DNA from: a bacterium
GTDB taxonomy: Bacteria; SZUA-182; DTGQ01; JAFGSM01
Length of the DNA stretch: 19,575 nt
Direction of reading: 5' to 3'
Assembly (NCBI GenBank): GCA_049472355.1
Contig: JBLIRP010000070.1
Span: forward strand, 1-19,575
In this document: positions 16,394 through 19,575 of the stretch, piece by piece
Numbering within the stretch: position 1 is the first letter of the stretch
Layout: every line of letters starts with the position of its first letter
Notes under the pieces: generated by a model
Databases searched by the model: none
The model's input: only the letters and a program-made list of their open reading frames with translations
Told to the model about the DNA's origin: nothing
Program-made: the position numbers and the translations under genes

Positions 16394-18518
16394 CTACTCC
16401 AAAGAGTATATCCGTATCCTTGTTCTTTTCATCCTCCTTCTCTCGGGCTGTGCCGTAGCTGAGCGCTCACCCTGCCTGCACGAAGCTCCCCCCCCTGAGT
16501 GCATGCGCCGTTATGACTGGGAGTGCTGTTATCGAAGCGGCCTTGCCTATGCCCGAGGCGGGTGTTTGGATAAGGCGATAGCGGAGCTTCGCTCCGCCAT
16601 GACGCAAAATCCAAAGGACAGATGGAGGACCAGGACATATGGCATGCACTTCCTGGATTATTTCCCGCACAGGGAACTGGGGATCATCTACCTCAGCCAG
16701 GGACGCATCAGGGAGGCCATGGATGAGCTGTCGCAATCCCTGGCATCGGCGGACTCCGCCAGGGCAACCTATTACCTCAACCAGGCACGGAGACAGTGGC
16801 TGGAAGAAACAGGGCTCGATACCACGCCGCCCTCCATCCTCATTGCCAGTAGGGTTGATGACGAGCATACCGCACTCTACACCTCTCAATCCACGTATAT
16901 AATAGAGGGAGAGGCACGGGATGACTATTTTGTATCCGCAATCACCATACACGGTGAACCGCTGTTCGTGGATCTGGCGCGGCCTGCCGTTCCATTCAGG
17001 AGGGAGGTTTCCCTGAGCCCGGGAGAGAACATACTGCATTGCGAGGTGTCCGACCTCGCAGGCAACCGTGCCGTCACCCGCCTTCGGGTCATCCTGGACC
17101 AGCAAGGCCCGATCGTCATGGTTGCACCGGTTTCCCATGAGGATATTTCCCAGGGGGCCGGGTGCATCATGACCGTGGTAAGGGGAATCGTCTACGATTC
17201 ATCGGGAATAGGGAAGTTCGTCGTGGATGATGAGGAAGTACCCATCATCCATGATGGAAATATTCAGGAATTTGAAACAAGGGTCCCTTGTTACTCACCG
17301 GTAACCTTCTGCGCGTGGGACCGGGCAGGAAATGCCACCACAGGCACCCTGGGTCCCCTATGGGAGCCCCCGAAGGATGCCTCACCTGCTCCATCTGGGG
17401 AGATCAGGGTATGTGCGAGCCGCATCCTGCCTCTTCTTGCGAAGGGGGATACGGACGGCCCAATAATCCATGTGGAGCCCTGCCCGTCTATGGTTTTTGA
17501 ACCCTTTGTGGTGATCACCGGATGGGTGGAGTCACCCAGGGAGATCCTCAATGTGTGGATCAATGAAGAATCAATCCTGTCAAGGGATGAGTCCGAGGCA
17601 CTGATCCCCCGTTTCCGCAGGCTCTTCCATAGGTATCGTTCGTACCTGGTGGGAGACAGGATTCGTTTCTCATTTACCCGCACCATCCCCCTCACGGAAG
17701 AGGGGAAAAACCTGATCACCATTTACGCGCAGGACAGCGAGAACATCTCCCCCCTGCAGAAGGTTCGGGTTGAGTATAGGGTCTCGGAGATACAAAAAAT
17801 CGGGAGACGGTGGGCCATGGCAATCCTGCCCTTTGATATCGTCAAGGAGGGTGAGGTGCCCATTTTTGCACCGCCTGCACAGGGCTCGATCGCGTACATC
17901 ACGGAGAAGCTCCAGGCATCCCTTTTTGATACCGGACGCTTCAGGATTCTGGAACGGGAAAGGATCGATGCGGTCATGCACGAATTGAACCTTTCCTACG
18001 GGTGCAGGATTGATCCGAATACGGCCCTGAATATAGGAAAGGCCGTAGGCGCCGAGATACTGCTTGCCGGGTCCTTCTATGAACACTGGGAGGGACAAAA
18101 CCGCTGCCTGGAGATCTATGCCCGGCTGATCGATGTGGAGACCCAGGAGATAGTAGGTATACAGAACCTCTACAACCATTGGAGGGAATCGGGGGATATT
18201 GATTTCGTGTCAAAGGGCCTGTCACAGCGGTTTGTCGAGGAGTTCCCCCTGGCGCAGGGCGAAATTGAGGAGATCTACGACGAGACCTTTGTGATAGACC
18301 TGGGCACGGAGGATCGCATCAAGAGAGGAATGCGGCTGTGGGTATACCGGCCCAAGAAGGAGAAACAGGGAATCACGAAGGCACTGCACGCCGGAGACGT
18401 CCGGATAATCGGTGAAGGAAGGATAGAGGAGGTATCCGGGGGAGGAGCTGTTGTGCTGCCGGCTCAGAAGGGGATGCTGCATGGCTTCAGGGTAGGAGAC
18501 CGCGTGATTACGAAATGA
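16374..18518 (+). CDS. Lipoprotein with TPR, Ig-like repeats, CsgG-like and FlgT C-terminal-like domains
   Basis: Lipobox LLSG-C26. TPR-like helices around RTYGMHFLDYFPHRELGIIYL. Ig-like units (DTTPPSI...LSPGEN...SDLAGN; AWDRAGN; EGKNLITIYAQD). CsgG-like region AILPF...FRILERERIDAVMHELNL...IGKAVGAEILLAGS...ARLIDVET. C-terminal IDLGTEDRIKRGM...VGDRV. It overlaps the CHAT gene by 20 bp. Confidence 0.85.
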   Translation: MMDRPSDYSKEYIRILVLFILLLSGCAVAERSPCLHEAPPPECMRRYDWECCYRSGLAYARGGCLDKAIAELRSAMTQNPKDRWRTRTYGMHFLDYFPHRELGIIYLSQGRIREAMDELSQSLASADSARATYYLNQARRQWLEETGLDTTPPSILIASRVDDEHTALYTSQSTYIIEGEARDDYFVSAITIHGEPLFVDLARPAVPFRREVSLSPGENILHCEVSDLAGNRAVTRLRVILDQQGPIVMVAPVSHEDISQGAGCIMTVVRGIVYDSSGIGKFVVDDEEVPIIHDGNIQEFETRVPCYSPVTFCAWDRAGNATTGTLGPLWEPPKDASPAPSGEIRVCASRILPLLAKGDTDGPIIHVEPCPSMVFEPFVVITGWVESPREILNVWINEESILSRDESEALIPRFRRLFHRYRSYLVGDRIRFSFTRTIPLTEEGKNLITIYAQDSENISPLQKVRVEYRVSEIQKIGRRWAMAILPFDIVKEGEVPIFAPPAQGSIAYITEKLQASLFDTGRFRILERERIDAVMHELNLSYGCRIDPNTALNIGKAVGAEILLAGSFYEHWEGQNRCLEIYARLIDVETQEIVGIQNLYNHWRESGDIDFVSKGLSQRFVEEFPLAQGEIEEIYDETFVIDLGTEDRIKRGMRLWVYRPKKEKQGITKALHAGDVRIIGEGRIEEVSGGGAVVLPAQKGMLHGFRVGDRVITK

Positions 18519-18582
18519 TCGAGTTTTGTGAAGGATCATGGTTATTGATTCGCTCCGGCCTAACGGAGTTTGGTTGAACAAA

Positions 18583-18658
18583 TGAAACGCCCATGAGCCT
18601 GATGAAACTGCGAATGTAGAATGTAGAATGTAGAATGTAGAAGTGAAACGCCCATGAG
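18583..18658. repeat. 7-bp tandem repeat (GAATGTA x4.4) flanked by 15-bp direct repeats
   Basis: TGAAACGCCCATGAG occurs at 18583-18597 and 18644-18658. The GAATGTA array spans 18612-18642. Confidence 0.9.
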
Positions 18659-18735
18659 ACTTCGGCTCACAAGGAAACATGAAAATGCCGGATAGGGATT
18701 TTCAGGTGAAATGTTTAAATGACCATACGATTACG

Positions 18736-19575
18736 ATGCGTTGTAGATATGGTCTTCATATCGTCATTGTGATGACCCTGTCGTTCGCCATCCTTCTAGT
18801 GCCTCGGGCAGCAACGGCCCAGGAGCCGATAACTCCCGTGAGCGGTTCTGTTCGGCCCGTTACACGATTCTCACAAATTGACGAGGCAGAACCTGCCAAC
18901 ATCGATCCAAAGGTTGCAGACCGATATGAACCGGACAATATCACCGACGAGGCCAAACCCGTTGCCGTTCAGATAGACACGGGTAGGGTTCTCAAACAGG
19001 TCCGCACATTTCATTCCGAAACCGACAGGGACTGGATATACTTTTACGGGTTAAAACAGTTTCAGTACTATTTTTATATAGAGGTTTTCACAGAAGGGGA
19101 TGAAAGCGTGCGCATGTCCCTGTTCGATGCAACAGGGGTGGATGCGGTATGGCGCGACCAGGTCATCAAAAATGCCTCCCACTGCTGGGAATGCCCACGA
19201 AACGGTCACTTCACCCTGCAGCTTGAGCCTGTATTCACTCCCGCCTCACCATCCCCCACGGATGGGAATGCATTCACCTACAGGTTTTGGATGAAGGGGG
19301 TTCCTCCGGCGCCGATAACGCTATCGGGAGGTGTGTACGGCCGCGTCATAAACCAGGATGGAAACGGGATCAACAGGGTACATATATCACTCAAAAATGG
19401 CGGGGAGATACGAGAAGATATGACGGATAGTATAGGGGAATTATGGGAAATCCCCCTTGAACCGTCAAAAATCGATGGATGGTTCTTCATTGACGGACTG
19501 TATGCGGACAGCTCATATGAATTGCTTGTGACAACGGAAGAGGACCCCAACAACTATCTGGTACCCCCCTTTACG
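18736..19575 (+). CDS. Secreted protein with PPC-like and CarboxypepD_reg-like domains (3' partial)
   Basis: Absent from the ORF track because it has no stop in the window. Frame 1 is open to the end: MRCRYGLHIVIVMTLSFAILLVPRAATA-QEP, then DRYEPDN...QVRTFHSETDRDWIYF, then GGVYGRVINQDGNGINRV...DGWFFIDGL...YELLV. In-frame alternative starts are at 18679, 18685 and 18706. Confidence 0.8.
   Translation, partial: MRCRYGLHIVIVMTLSFAILLVPRAATAQEPITPVSGSVRPVTRFSQIDEAEPANIDPKVADRYEPDNITDEAKPVAVQIDTGRVLKQVRTFHSETDRDWIYFYGLKQFQYYFYIEVFTEGDESVRMSLFDATGVDAVWRDQVIKNASHCWECPRNGHFTLQLEPVFTPASPSPTDGNAFTYRFWMKGVPPAPITLSGGVYGRVINQDGNGINRVHISLKNGGEIREDMTDSIGELWEIPLEPSKIDGWFFIDGLYADSSYELLVTTEEDPNNYLVPPFT

Noticed and set aside
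14339..18518. Curli secretion system, or CRISPR type III-E Craspase locus
   Set aside because: No csgA/B/E/F and no cas7-11, csx30 or csx31-like genes are present. Only the domain families are shared.
18583..18658. CRISPR array
   Set aside because: There are only two 15-bp copies, the intervening sequence is itself a microsatellite, and no cas genes are present.
18592..18670. Hammerhead ribozyme (CTGATGA at 18599-18605 with a downstream GAAAC)
   Set aside because: Stem II is weak, and stem III with a correctly placed NUH cleavage triplet cannot be formed.
755..19553. Numerous overlapping or antisense ORFs in the track (e.g. 8590..9408, 6408..7058, 16467..17138, 14270..14899, 19278..19553)
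   Set aside because: They are shadows of well-supported genes on the other strand or frame and have no motifs of their own.

Overview
Bacterial window with three main blocks. (1) A minus-strand, sigma54-type operon (7538 to 789): small acidic protein, KamA-family radical SAM/PLP aminomutase, secreted acidic protein, two D-Ala-D-Ala-ligase-like ATP-grasp enzymes, a GNAT acetyltransferase and a large MscS-family channel. It is preceded by a well-formed -24/-12 promoter, an IHF-like site, three GGAA-N7-TTCC-type sites and an NtrC-family activator with a degenerate receiver. (2) A beta-CASP metallo-beta-lactamase RNase and a secreted protein with a CBM-like domain. (3) A plus-strand four-gene cluster (12896-18518): ECF sigma factor, soluble zinc-finger anti-sigma factor, membrane-anchored CHAT (caspase-like) protease with an extracytoplasmic CsgG-like domain, and a TPR/Ig-like/CsgG-like lipoprotein. 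This cluster reads as a trans-envelope signalling system acting by caspase-type proteolysis and is the most interesting candidate. The window starts inside a secreted, completely uncharged Pro/Thr repeat protein and ends inside a secreted PPC-like/CarboxypepD_reg-like protein. All domain calls come from reading motifs by eye; no database search was run.
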